Assembly (NCBI GenBank): GCA_043228905.1
Contig: JBHGNT010000007.1
Location: forward strand, 14,570,001-14,634,000
Reading direction: 5' to 3'
DNA from: Azolla caroliniana
Lineage: Eukaryota; Plantae; Polypodiophyta
DNA length: 64,000 nucleotides
The translations under genes were made by a program, and so were the position numbers. Shown one piece after another: positions 41,564 to 53,339 of this stretch. The notes below the pieces were generated by a model. That model was given only the letters and a program-made list of their open reading frames with translations. It ran no database searches and was not told the origin of the DNA. Position 1 is the first letter of the stretch. Every line of letters begins with the position of its first letter.

Positions 41564-42425
41564 TGTTGGGAGACAGGTCCCTCCGGATGGGAAGGAAGAA
41601 GAACGGAGAGCCGGATGGTGCAGGCCCGGTATGAACCGGATGAGGAGTACCCGGCTACGGAGAGCCGGATGATACAGGCCCGGTGTGAACCGGATGAGGA
41701 GTACCCGGCTACGGAGAGCCGGATGATACAGGCCCGGTGTGAACCGGATGAGTAGTACCCGGCTACGGAGAGCCGGATGGTGCAGGCCCGGTGTGAACCG
41801 GATGAGGAGTACCCGGCTACGGAGAGCCGGATGATACAGGCCCGGTGTGAACCGGATGAGGAATACCCGGCTACGGAGAGCCGGATGATACAGGCCCGGT
41901 GTGAACCGAATGAGTAGTACCCGGCTACGGAGAGCCGGATGGTGCAGAACCGGTATGAACCGGAGGAAGAGACATATTCGTAAATATGTTTCTGAGAGCC
42001 CATTGTGGCTACATTTGTAAATAGCCGAAAAGTCATATTAGTATAAATATGACTTAGGGCAAACTAATATTATGTTGTTGTCATTTTTCCCTTGTTGGTG
42101 CAAGAAGTAGAGAAAGTGCATAACCGTACAGAGAGAGCGAGAGAGAGACGAGATCATTGCCTCTGTTGTAACCGCCGCCTGTGGCGAAGATCGTGAGTCC
42201 GAGGTTGTTGCCTCCGTGAACTCACTATTTTGTACATTCATACATAGTGACAGTTTGCAGCCTGTGGGCTGCCGTGGTTTTTCCCCTAGTTTGGGGTTTT
42301 CCACGTAAACCTCCTGTGTACCATTTCTCCTCTTTGTGTCGCGTTTCATTACCTGTTTTTCTGTGTATGAAAAGAATCTCGGTTGTGGCCGAGCGTTGCG
42401 CATAAGGAACGACAAGTTCCCGTCA
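41564..42425 (+). mobile_element. Same-family solo LTR nested in opposite orientation
   Basis: TGTTGGG...CCCGTCA; TSD TGTAC (41559-41563/42426-42430). Confidence 0.9.
41603..41965 (+). repeat. 54-bp CCGG-rich minisatellite, ~6.5 units (reverse-complement copies at ~42700-43015 and ~14275-14465)
   Basis: Unit CCCGGCTACGGAGAGCCGGATGATACAGGCCCGGTGTGAACCGGATGAGGAGTA recurring at 41650, 41704, 41758, 41812, 41866, 41920. Confidence 0.93.
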
Positions 42426-43364
42426 TGTACAACAATGAGTTCACGGAGGCAACGACCTCGTGCTCACGATCCTCGCCACAGGCGGCGGTTACAACAGAGG
42501 CAACGACCTCTTTCTCTCTCTCTCTCTCTCTGTACACAGTTACGCGCTCTCTTTTCTTGCACCAACAAAAATGACAACCAACAACAAAAAAGGTTTGCCC
42601 TAAGTCATATTTATACTAGTATGAATTTTCGGCTATTTACTAATATAGCCTCGATGGACTCTCAGAAACTTATTTACGAATATGTCTCTTCATCCGGTGA
42701 GCATTCCTCACCGGGTCTGCACCATCCGGCTCTCCGTAGCTGGGTACTCCTCATCCGGTCCTCACTGGGTCTGCACCATCTGGCTCTCCGTAGCCGGGTA
42801 CTCCTCATCTGGTTCACACCGGGCCTGCACCATCCGGCTCTCCGTAGCCGGGTACTACTCATCCGGTTCACATCGGGTCTGCACCATCTGGCTCTCCGTA
42901 GCCGGGTACTCCTCATTCGGTTCTCACCGGGTCTGCACCATCCGGCTCTCCGTAGCCGAGTACTCCTCATCCAGTTCTCACCGGGTCTGCACCATCCGGC
43001 TCTCTGTAGCCGGGTACAACGTGATCCGGTTTCGGCCGAGGCTCTGTTCTTCTCTCTTCCATTCAGAGGGACCTGTCTCCCAACATCATGACCTATTGTG
43101 CACACAGAAGAGCTGTAGTGCCTTCGTAACACAACCGACCACAACACTCCAGTCCGACACAGTGTCCTCATAGTCCCACCTGCAACAACTCCAGCCCCTC
43201 CTTCGCAAAGCCATCGCGAGCAACCTGCATCAAGCACAACTACGCCAACACGATGCAGGTTGCGCCGACTATCAAAACCATGCCGGCAATAAAGTCCTTG
43301 TCTATTTCCCCATGCGTCATCGCGGCTTGAGCAAGTCGCTCATGCACCGATGGTTCTATCCCTT

Positions 43365-46300
43365 TGTTGCCCGCCGAAATCGTAACCGATGGACAAAAGC
43401 GCAGAAATATTATAATTCCCTAAAAGCGTTAAGAAGCGAATGTAACGGTTCACGCAGGAAGTGTGAACGGCTAAACGCCCTGTGTATATAAAGGGCAGAA
43501 ATCCACTGTAAGAGGTAGTGTATAATTTCGGAGTATAGGGCGTTTTTCTAATAGAATACTATCTTCTCTGATCTCTATGCATATTTGTGGCTTTCTCTGT
43601 TGCGTTCTTTGTTTCTCTGTTGCGTACTGTTTAATCGTAAGTGTGTAGGCGTAACTGTGAATACTAGTGCACTTCCTAAGGAGTTCGTTTGTAGTCGTCT
43701 CCCTTATACGCTACTAGGATACGAGGGAGTATCCCATTACGATTTACGATACGAAAGTTCTATTCCTTGCAGCATGATCACCTTGAGGTCTACCTCGAAG
43801 AACTGAGCGTAGACAGTGTTCCTAATCCGTAACACGTTTGGCACGCCTGGTGATTTGTGATTTCTCGTAGATGAACAGCAAGGGATGGATGTCTAGCCGT
43901 AGAAGGCCCAGAGAACTGACTCGACAAGTCCGATCACTCACGAGGTCCATCACACGCCAGACAGAGGAGCGCGCAAGGAAAAAACCTCGCCTAAGTGATA
44001 TCTGTCTGGACCACAAAGTTGACTCCACGCTCACCCAACATCACGACGTCAAGCAGGAAGTTCTATCACCACACAAGTACCGTAATCTTCCCCTGCCCAC
44101 CATAGCGTCCGGAATGGCCTTCTCCTACCCACATTTTAATGGCGAAACAGGCGCCGCAAGCCACATCCGGCTGTTCCTGAACATTTGGAATGCGAATCAC
44201 ATGGCGCAGCAACTTCCAGAAGAGGAAGTGCACCAGTCAAAGATGATAGAGTTCGGTTTAACTCTGGATGGTAGAGCTGCGTTTTGGCATTCGTAGATGG
44301 ATCTACCAGCAATCAACACCTTCGACCAGTTACAGTCAGCATTTCTATGATTTTTTCATTGGAGGGTACCTCAACGCGAAATCATCGGGCAGATCTACAC
44401 AATCAAGCAGCTGCCAAGAGAATCGGTCGTGGACTTTAGCTTACGTTTCCAAAATCTAAGGCGGAAATTAGAACGGGCCCCGATAGATGACGAGGCTAGG
44501 GAGACGTTTTTGACAACCCTGCGGCGACCTATCAGGACTACGCTTATCACACGTAGCATGAAAGGGGAAACAGCCGACATGGTCATCGAGCGAGCGTTAC
44601 AGCTTGAGTTAGATGAAGAGGAGGAAGGATTTTCTATGTCTTGGTTATGATAGGCGTTGCCTCAGGACAAGGTACGCCACTTTTGTCAAGCTATTTAGTG
44701 CACGATTTGCCTCACTTCCGGGCATTCCGCGGTGGAATGCAATATGCAAATTCACAGCCCAATTTGTCACTCAAAGGCACACACGATCAAGCAGTGTGAA
44801 TACAATATGCGGAACAGACCTACACCCACAATACGACACATAGAACCACAACGACCACCTCGCCGAAATGAGCAAAGGCACCAAGAGGAACGACCTCAAT
44901 ATACGGATCGAAATCCACGCGACAACCGTCACTACCATAATCGTCGGAATAACAATGATTCCGATGAAGAGGAGCCGGAGGACGAAGAATATCGGGGCAA
45001 CCACCAGTATAATAAAGGAGGGCGTTGTTACGACAACCACCGTTCGATGAACAAGCGTGGTGGATTCAATGGGCCTTGCTCACAAGAAAAGCATCGACAT
45101 TATAGGGACCAACGGTGTTACGACGAAAGTTCGAAGGATGACCGATGGCGGGAGTCACGTAGGGACCAACCGCAAACACCCCAGAATTCCAGGAGAATGC
45201 AGCAAGACTAGGAGGAGCAAGTGACACTTGGGGATAGGAATACGCCACCAGCTGCAGAAAAAGGAGAGTCTAGTGTACATTGTTTTGTCTACCAATAGCC
45301 CGGACATTACGCAACTCAATGTCCACTGCGCAAGGGCAAAGGACCAACCATAAATACGATTACGGCGGAAGTTCAGCAAGTCACGACACGGCAACAAACA
45401 AAGAATGCGGACTGGGCTGCACAAGATGAGGTACGCAAAGCGGCCCAAGCATGGGTAGAAAAAGCAAATGCGGCGAATACGACACGACACGTATGCGACA
45501 GGAGTCCGCAAACAATGATGGGCCGATAGAAGAAAATATAATATCCCCGGACCCCATATGGCAAGCATTGGTAGGCTGCAAAATAACAATGACCATGGAA
45601 AAACTCCTTCAACTAGTTCCACAATTTCGACAGGCCGTAGAAGATCGAATAATAGGCAAGCCTGGTATAAACGTCTCAGCAAATTTTGTCGAAACGAGCA
45701 TCGGACCAACAGTGGTGGATCACCACAATCCAGCCATTAAGCCGGTACTACACAGGCAGGAAATAACCGGTTCTATAATCGATGGGGGCTTTGGCATTAA
45801 TGTGATTAGTGCCAAGACATGTGAACAGTTAGGAATTTCGGAATGGGAAGTTTGCCCCTTTTGGCTTCGCATGGCGGATACTCGATTTGTCAGGCCCTTA
45901 GGGTTAATCCGGAAACGAGGCATCGTCATTGGCAGTCACCGATTTGACATCTCGGCGGTAGTACTCGCACTCGACGCTCCGGGAGTGTACCCAATACTAT
46001 TTGGCAGACCTTGGCTTCGTTCAGCTAACATCAAACAGAGCTGGCAACATAATTGTATCAGTTTCTGACGAGGATGCAGCAAAGTTCGCATACCCACAGA
46101 AGAAATGACGGCGCAACCCAAAGGAATGACACCATTGTACGTGGAAGACATAAATATGCTGGAAGGAGTGGATGATACAGAGCTAGAACCATACCTGGAT
46201 GAGCACCCACGAATAATCCCGCTATTCGAAATTGATGTAATAGAAACCATTGCGGATTACGCAACTCCCACTACACTTCACGGAGAGGCTTATGAACCAG

Positions 46301-49300
46301 ACCCAAAGTCGATAATCGAATTAAGCCGAGTACGGGCTACGTTCTAGAAAGAAATGGAAATTTCACGACGAGTCATTGCCTCAGCGTTGGAAGAGGTTAA
46401 CGTAGGAACAACAGTGGATCCCCGATTACTCTCCATCGCAAAAGACTTGCTACCGGATTAGAAAAGAGGCGATGTTAGCTCTACTCAAGGAATATAAAGA
46501 TGTGTTCGTTTGGTCTCACGAAGACATGAAGGGATTGAATCCAAAATTCTACCAACATAAGATCAACTTAGCTACCGACACGAAACCTGTTCATCAGCGT
46601 CGATACCGAATGAATCCGAATTACACGGCTCACGTAAAAGAGGAAATTGACAAGCTTCTCAAGGCTAGATTCATCCGACCAATCAAGCAAGCTACGTGGT
46701 TGAGCCCGATAGTCGTAGTCCCGAAGAAAATTGGAAAAATCCGCGTTTGCGTAGACTATCGGAAATTGAACGTCGTAACTATTACAGATGCGTTCCCTTT
46801 ACCTTGCACCGACAGCGTACTGGACGCAGTCGCAGGGCATGACATGTACAGTTTTCTAGACGGCTTTAGTGGATACAATCAAGTACGCATGCATCCTGCC
46901 GACCAAGAGAAGATGGCGTTTGTCACCAACTGGGGAGTTTATGTCGCGATAGTCATGATGTTCGGGTTAAAAACGGCGCCTGCGACATTCCAATGGACAA
47001 TTACCGAAATTTTTGGGGAATACATACCCGCCTTCATGCAAGTCTTTTAGGACGATTTTGCGGTGTATGGGACAACATCCGACCATCTAAGTCATTTACG
47101 ACTGTGTCTGGAGCGCTGCCAGGCTTCACGCTTAAGCCTGAATCCAACCAAATGCGCGTTCGGCATCACAAGCGGAGCCCTCCTTGGCCACATCGTCAGC
47201 AAGGAGGGGATAGCGGTGGATCCTAATAAAATTTCCGCCATCATTCAAGCAAAAACGCCGACAATTGCCAAAGCACTCTGCCGTTTCCTGGGACAAATAC
47301 ATTGGCATAGTCGTATGTTACGATATTTGGCAGATTTCGCCATACTTTTACATGCTGCAGTTCACCTTACACCTTTCAAATGGACAGCAACTAAAGAAAT
47401 AGCGTTCGATGCGCTTAAAACAATGTTGACTCAAGCACCAGTCGTACAACCACCAGATTGGGGGAAACCATTTCACATTTTTGTGGACGCCTCAGATATA
47501 GCAATAGGTAGTGCGTTGATGCGGCTCACAATGCCAAATTGGTACAGACTAATGTACTATACCAGTAGGAAGCTATCAAAGGTTAAGCATAACTACTCCA
47601 CAACGGAACGGGAAGCGTTGGGTATGATATACAACATCAATAAATTCTGACATTATCTATTGGAGCGGAAATTTACATTTCACGTGGACCATACGGCATT
47701 GTTATACATGGTGGGGAAGCAGGAATTGATAGGAAAATTGGCTAGATGGATGTTGTTGCTCCAAGAGTTCAACTTTGTTATACAACATCGACCTAGTACG
47801 AGGATAGATAATGGAGAGATGGTGCGAAAGGATGATGACGACTTTCCTGATGCGGACATCCTGGGGATCGCAACTATAGCGACACGTACAGAAAAATCTT
47901 TTCCAAATCGGTGGTTAATGGAGATGACATACTTTCTTACCACAAGATTACCACCACCACAATTAAGGACGAATGAGAAAAAACGACAGGCCATCCGAAG
48001 TCGTAACTTCAGTTTTGTCGAAGGGGTCCTGTATCACAAAGGCAACGATGGAATCTGGCAATGCGGAATACGCAAGGATGAGAAGGAAACGGTTTTACGC
48101 GAAGCTCACTGTGGTATGGCAAGAGGACACGACACGGGCAATGTTACGGCTCGTAAAGTCTGGCAAGGAGGCCTATGGTGGCCGACTACACAAAAGAATG
48201 CGTATGAATATTGCAAACAATGCGATCTGTGTCAACGGATGGGCCAGCCCACGGAGGTCACAAGGATGCCACATCAACTAGTGTTGTCGTTGGATCCATT
48301 CCAGAAATGGGGACTCGACTTCGTGGGGCCGTTTACACCGGCGGCGGCGGCACGGACTGGCAATAAATATATACTCGTGCTACCAGCCCGTGTCGCCGCC
48401 GGTGTAAACGGTTGCACCAAGTGGGTGGAAGCGAAAGCACTACGAGAAAATACGGCGGCAGTAATGGCGAAATTTCTGTACAAGAACATCTGGCGTCGTT
48501 TTGGTTGCCCTATCGAGCTCATCAGCGACCAAGGAAGCCAGTTTCTGAATTCAGTCATCCGGGAACTGACACAACATTATGCCGTGGTCCACAAGAAGAG
48601 CACATCGTATTATCCATAGGCGAATGGTTTAGCAGAATCCACGAACAAAACATTACAAACCATACTAAAAAAGATCGTCAATGAGAACAGAACAAATTGG
48701 GATACCAAATTACACAACGCGTTATGGGCATACCGAACTAGCTATAAGACTAGCATACAATCCACACCTTTCCGGTTAGCATTTGGGCTGGAGGCCGTAA
48801 TGCCAGTCGAATTTCAGGTACCCAATCTGCGGATTCAGGTATGAGACCGGCTATCAGAAGACAAGTCCGAACAAATACGGCTACAACAGCTGCTCGGACT
48901 AGGCGAGACACGGTTACGCAGCATGGCCATACTGGAACAAGAGCAACGTCGGCGTAAAGCATTTGTGGACCGGCATCGAAATGTGCGTGAAAAAGATTTT
49001 GCAGTCGGCAAAGCGGTCTTGGTATTTCAAACCCAAATGGGGCAGATGCCCGGTAAATTAAGATTTCGCTGGACAGGGCCGTACTGGATAGTTGGCGCGG
49101 AAAACGACACGTTTCAATTAGGCACCCTGGCCGGAGAAGTGTTATGACAAAAGATGAATGGGTTTCGATTGAAACCCTACCTAGGACCTATGCCACCAAA
49201 CCCGTTCCCCGTCGTAAAAGACACGGCCGAAGAATCCGTAGCTTAATTAAAGGGACCCACCTGTATTATAATGTAACAGTAATATTGTATTTAACCGTTA

Positions 49301-52300
49301 CAAGAAGGGAAAAAAAAAGAGAGAGAGAGAAGATAGTGACGTTATTAAAAGGACTTGATGCATGCGCAAACCTCTAGAGCAAGAACACGCGGCACCATGA
49401 TGGCTCATAGACCAATGAACCCTAGGCCACAAAAAGAAGAAAATAGAAGGTTTTCTGCACAATACAGAAACCAATCTTCAGCCTTTAACCCTCCTCGCTC
49501 TCGTCGCTCTCCTCACTCACCATACTCCCCATCATACCACAGAGCCCACGTCTGCCATAGCCAACAAACCTCACCCACTACCCACGAGTCTCATCCACCT
49601 ACGATGCTGATCACTATTTCCGCCGCCTTGCGTAGATGGCTCCTCAAAAAGAGACTAGATGGATACATCAAAGTCGTCGAGGCACTTGCTCACCCTAAAG
49701 CCCTGGAAATTGCCAGGAAGCTCAATATAGACACGGTCACCAACGCTACCATCCGGAAGAAGCTTGACCTATCATCGCTTGGAGAGAAACATTTCGACAT
49801 CCCTCCTGCGGAAACCTTGCAGAAATATTTCGGGGCATATTCGGTGTCTGCCAAAGCATACAGGACGAAGGAAATCCCTGACCCCTTCTTTCGAGAAATA
49901 GCCAAGTTCTTGCTGGAGGTAGGATGCGTGCATGTAAATGCCTATGGGATGCCAAAGTAGAAGGCAGGCATCATCATTGATACCTTCGAAGGGCGCGCAG
50001 TCGATTGGGGGGTAATTACGGGACCAACTTTATGGGAAGGCCTACACACGTATCAGGGCGGCAAAAAGCTAAAGCCAATCATACAATAGTATCTAACGAT
50101 ACTATTTTCACCCCGAGGTCTGCCCGCGCCACAGCCCAGCAAACCGACGCCGTCGTCACATTCCGCAAAACGGCGGTTAGCAGAGTTGGCTACCATGGAA
50201 TGGGAAGATGAACCACAATCTTCCCATCCCAGCACGCGGACAACACAAGGAGAACGGCCCGGAATGCAAGGAGGAAGCTCTGCATGAGCAGGAAGCCAAG
50301 CAACGCCAGGAAAGCCCGAGGCCGAAACGGCGTAGGCTGGACAGGAAAGATGGGCACGGACTGGTCAAAGACACAACCGTAGACAAAGACACAACCGCAG
50401 ACACAGACACGACCGCCTTAGTCAATAGTCCCGCGACTACGAAGCCCAACACCACTTTAGAAATAATTCGGGAACCACGGCCGATCATTACGCCCCAGTC
50501 GCAACGTGGGAAAGGCGTACTTACGGCGGAAAGCAAAGTCCTAAAGTACTCAGACATCTCGGATACAGCCCATGAGTTCGGTGCACTACTACAATTTGGA
50601 ACAACTTACGAACTCATGGAATTTTTGGCAACGGAGCAAATTAAGGTATCGCAGAGAATGGTGGAGGAGCACGCACAATAACAGATGATTGAGTGTGCGC
50701 TCACACAAACAGTAGAAAGTGAGGATGAAGGGCCTCCAGCCAAGGTAGGCAGACAATGGAATGTGGGGATTCAGCGTATGGGCATTGAACTACCTCCATT
50801 GAATGCGGCCCTGGTCGAGGTACATTGGGAATTGGCTAGAGTTAGTGTGGGGGCCAAGGATATGGCTAGTAAAACGTGTGGAAAACATTCAAGTTGACTC
50901 ATGCCCAACTACAGAAGGCCCAAGAGCACATTACGGAGCTCGAACACAGCATCACTAGAGCACCGCAAAACCTCGACCCAGCAGTAGGTGAAGACCCATC
51001 GATAACCCTACAAGAGGAGATTGCAGCACAATAGGCCATCGCTGCTAAAGCAAAAAGGGCTACGCAACTTGCAGAGTCCGAGATTGACTGCCTCCGCTCT
51101 GAACTCCACCAATCCTCCAACAGAGAAAAGGACATCCGGGCCAAAGGCAGAAGGATAGTGAAGGCACTCGAAGAGAAACTCGAAGCGGAGGCAGCAACAC
51201 ACACCCGCACGAAAGAAGAAAACACCAAGCTACGGGAGAAGCCCAAAAGTCAGAAGTGGCAATCTCAGGACTCCGGGCATTGTTGGAAAAGAAGAAAGCC
51301 TGGTACGATGAGCAGCTCGCATGAGAACAGGAGGTGAGGCATCAAGTTGAAGTTCGTCTGAACAATGAAATGGGCCGGCTGGAGGAATTACACTTGAAAG
51401 AATCCCAGATATGGGCAGAGATGAAGAAACATTATGAGGGAGCGGTTGCGGGTAATAAGCAAGAAATCGAAAACCTCAAAAAAACCCTAGAAGAAGGCAA
51501 AACCGTTGCCGAGTGATAACCGATAACATACGCATACTTCTGCAAACAAATCGGGAGAAGTTTACGACACAATTAAAAACGGCGCTAGACAAAGGCTGGA
51601 TGGTGAGGGCAACACAAGTGGCGGAGTTGCATACCTACCAGGCGGACTGGGAGAACCGTAGGAAAGAAGGCCAAGGTTTCTACAAACTCAATGAGGAAGG
51701 CATTGCGGCAGTACGCGAGGACCTAGCACAGGATTATCGCACGCTAACGGACCAGCATTCCGAAGAACTCGCACAACTACTGGAAGATTTCAGCGAAAGT
51801 CAGGAGGATATGTTTCACCAAATCAAGGAGGCAGGCAGCACGCGGCAAAGAGCGGAGCCCATCGCGATACCAGATAGCGATACCACCGAACAGGAGGAAC
51901 CTTAGCCCAATGCACTGGAGATGACAACTACGGCCAGCAACACTGAGGACAATACAAACAAGACAGAGCCTCAGCCTACCGAGAGCCCGCAGATGGAAGA
52001 GCCTGCCACAGTAGAACGGAATGAGCTAACAGAGCCGGGTCAGAACACGCAGGGAGAAGTTGACGTCGTGGAAACCCCCACGATGACAGAGCAAGTACAA
52101 GACGTGCCACCAAGCAACGACGCGCCTACGGGCACTACGCCGTCCCCGGACGAGTACGTAGGAGCGGAACCAAACATCCGGGGTATTTTGGAGGATGAAT
52201 AGAGGGATGGGTCCGACGTGCCATGGCACTGTCCCACAAGTGTGCTAGGTGTTGTCCGTCGGAATCGTAACCGACAGACAGAAGCGCAGAAATATTATAA

Positions 52301-52719
52301 TTCCCTAAAAGTGTTAAGAAGCGAATGTAACGGTTCACACATGAAGCGTGAAGGGCTAAACGCCCTGTGTATATAAAGGGCAGAAATCCTTTGTAAGAGG
52401 TAGCGTGTAATTTTGGAGTATAGGGCATTTTTCTAATAGAATACTATCTTCTCTAATCTCTGTGCATATATGTGGCTTTCTCTGTTGCGTTCTTTGTTTC
52501 TCTGTTGTGTACTGTTTAATCGTAAGTGTGTAGGCGTAAGTGCGGATACTAGTGCACTTCCTAAGGAGTTCGGTTGTAGCCATCTCCCCTAAACGCTACT
52601 AGGATACGAGGGAGTATCCCATTACGATTTACGATACGGTGGTTCTATTCCTTGTAGCACGATCACCTTGAGGTCTACCTCGAAGGACTGAGCATAGATA
52701 GTGTTCCTAATCGGTAACA
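43365..52719 (+). mobile_element. Structurally full-length Ty3/Gypsy I (non-chromovirus, Athila/Tat-related), degenerate, with extra 3' ORF
   Basis: LTRs 43365-43834 and 52250-52719; TSD CCCTT (43360-43364/52720-52724); PBS-like TGGCACGCCTGGTG (~43839, tRNA-Arg-like); gag 43871-45500, PR (IIDGG), RT (CVDYRKLN, LDGFSGYNQ), RH (VDAS), INT (WGLDFVGP, SDQG, WTGPY). Confidence 0.93.
49355..52202 (+). pseudogene. Additional sense ORF downstream of integrase in Gypsy I (~900 codons, broken); globular N-part, coiled-coil and acidic tail
   Basis: Chain of ORFs 49355-49960, 50208-50681, 50685-50897, 51334-51516, 51513-51905, 51921-52202 between INT and 3' LTR. Confidence 0.7.
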
Positions 52720-53339
52720 CCCTTCGAATTTCAAAAACAAATATGCATCACTACATACCTGCTCCACTACGCCACCAACAACCACTCTACTTTCGCTCAC
52801 CAATCCCACATGAAGCCCTTCCATCAACTACCACCGCCCACGCCCACGCCCGTGCCATCCCTCCATCCACGCCCTGCCTCGCTCCAACTGCACAATAACT
52901 TTTTTTACAAGGGGGAATTGTGGTATTACCATGAACCTTAACCAAGGCACCCAAATTAGGGCTCGGGCAACTCCCCACTATTAGTGTAACTCCCCACAAT
53001 TCGTGCAACTCCCCATAACCAATTGGAGCGGGAAAGCATGCGCCAAGCTAAGAGTAGTGCCTATAAGATGTAACTTGAACTTAATGGAAAGCAAGCTATT
53101 TTTGGAGCACTTCACAATATATAGGAAAAGAAATGGATAATTGTTACGTCTTTGTAGCTATTATTTTGTCTTTTCTATTGTTATATCCTTATCATTGTTG
53201 TCTTTGTCCTCCTTAGTTTGTTGTAGTGCTAGCAAGTAATCTTAACAATATAAAGGAGTGTGCCCAAAGCTGTGGAACCGAAGTGTATGGTGGCATAATG
53301 CACGAGGAGCGGACCCCAATCGTCACTAAATGATCTTCA

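Larger units (their letters stand above)
41373..43085 (-). mobile_element. Copia-type solo LTR (54-bp repeat family) inserted in the 3' LTR of Copia E
   Basis: TGACGGG...CCCAACA; TSD TCATG (41368-41372/43086-43090). Confidence 0.9.
28583..43131 (+). mobile_element. Ty1/Copia E, degenerate, with nested insertions
   Basis: LTRs 28583-29022 and 41023-43131 (interrupted); TSD CAACC (28578-28582/43132-43136); PBS TGGTATCAAAGC 29023-29034; gag 29145-29738, INT 29740-30480, RT-RH 39658-41004 (YVDD, HARTKHIEVHYHF); PPT 41008-41022. Confidence 0.92.
25200..53040 (+). mobile_element. Highly degenerate Ty3/Gypsy D (outermost host of stack 2); own sequence only at ~25200-28582, 43137-43364, 52725-~53040
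   Basis: gag (TPMDID, CCHC ~25808), RT (VDFRKLN, LDLASGYW, MPFGL), RH (LQTDAS), INT (DILGPFP..GNKFILV); PPT AAGGGGGAAT then TGTGG at ~52909-52923; boundaries approximate. Confidence 0.7.

Noticed and set aside
41603-43015. 54-bp periodic repeats as a CRISPR-like array or an 18-aa repeat protein (ORFs 41548-42036, 42336-43091)
   Set aside because: Units are near-identical with no unique spacers, lie inside TSD-bounded LTRs, and the ORFs are open in several frames only because the unit length is divisible by 3
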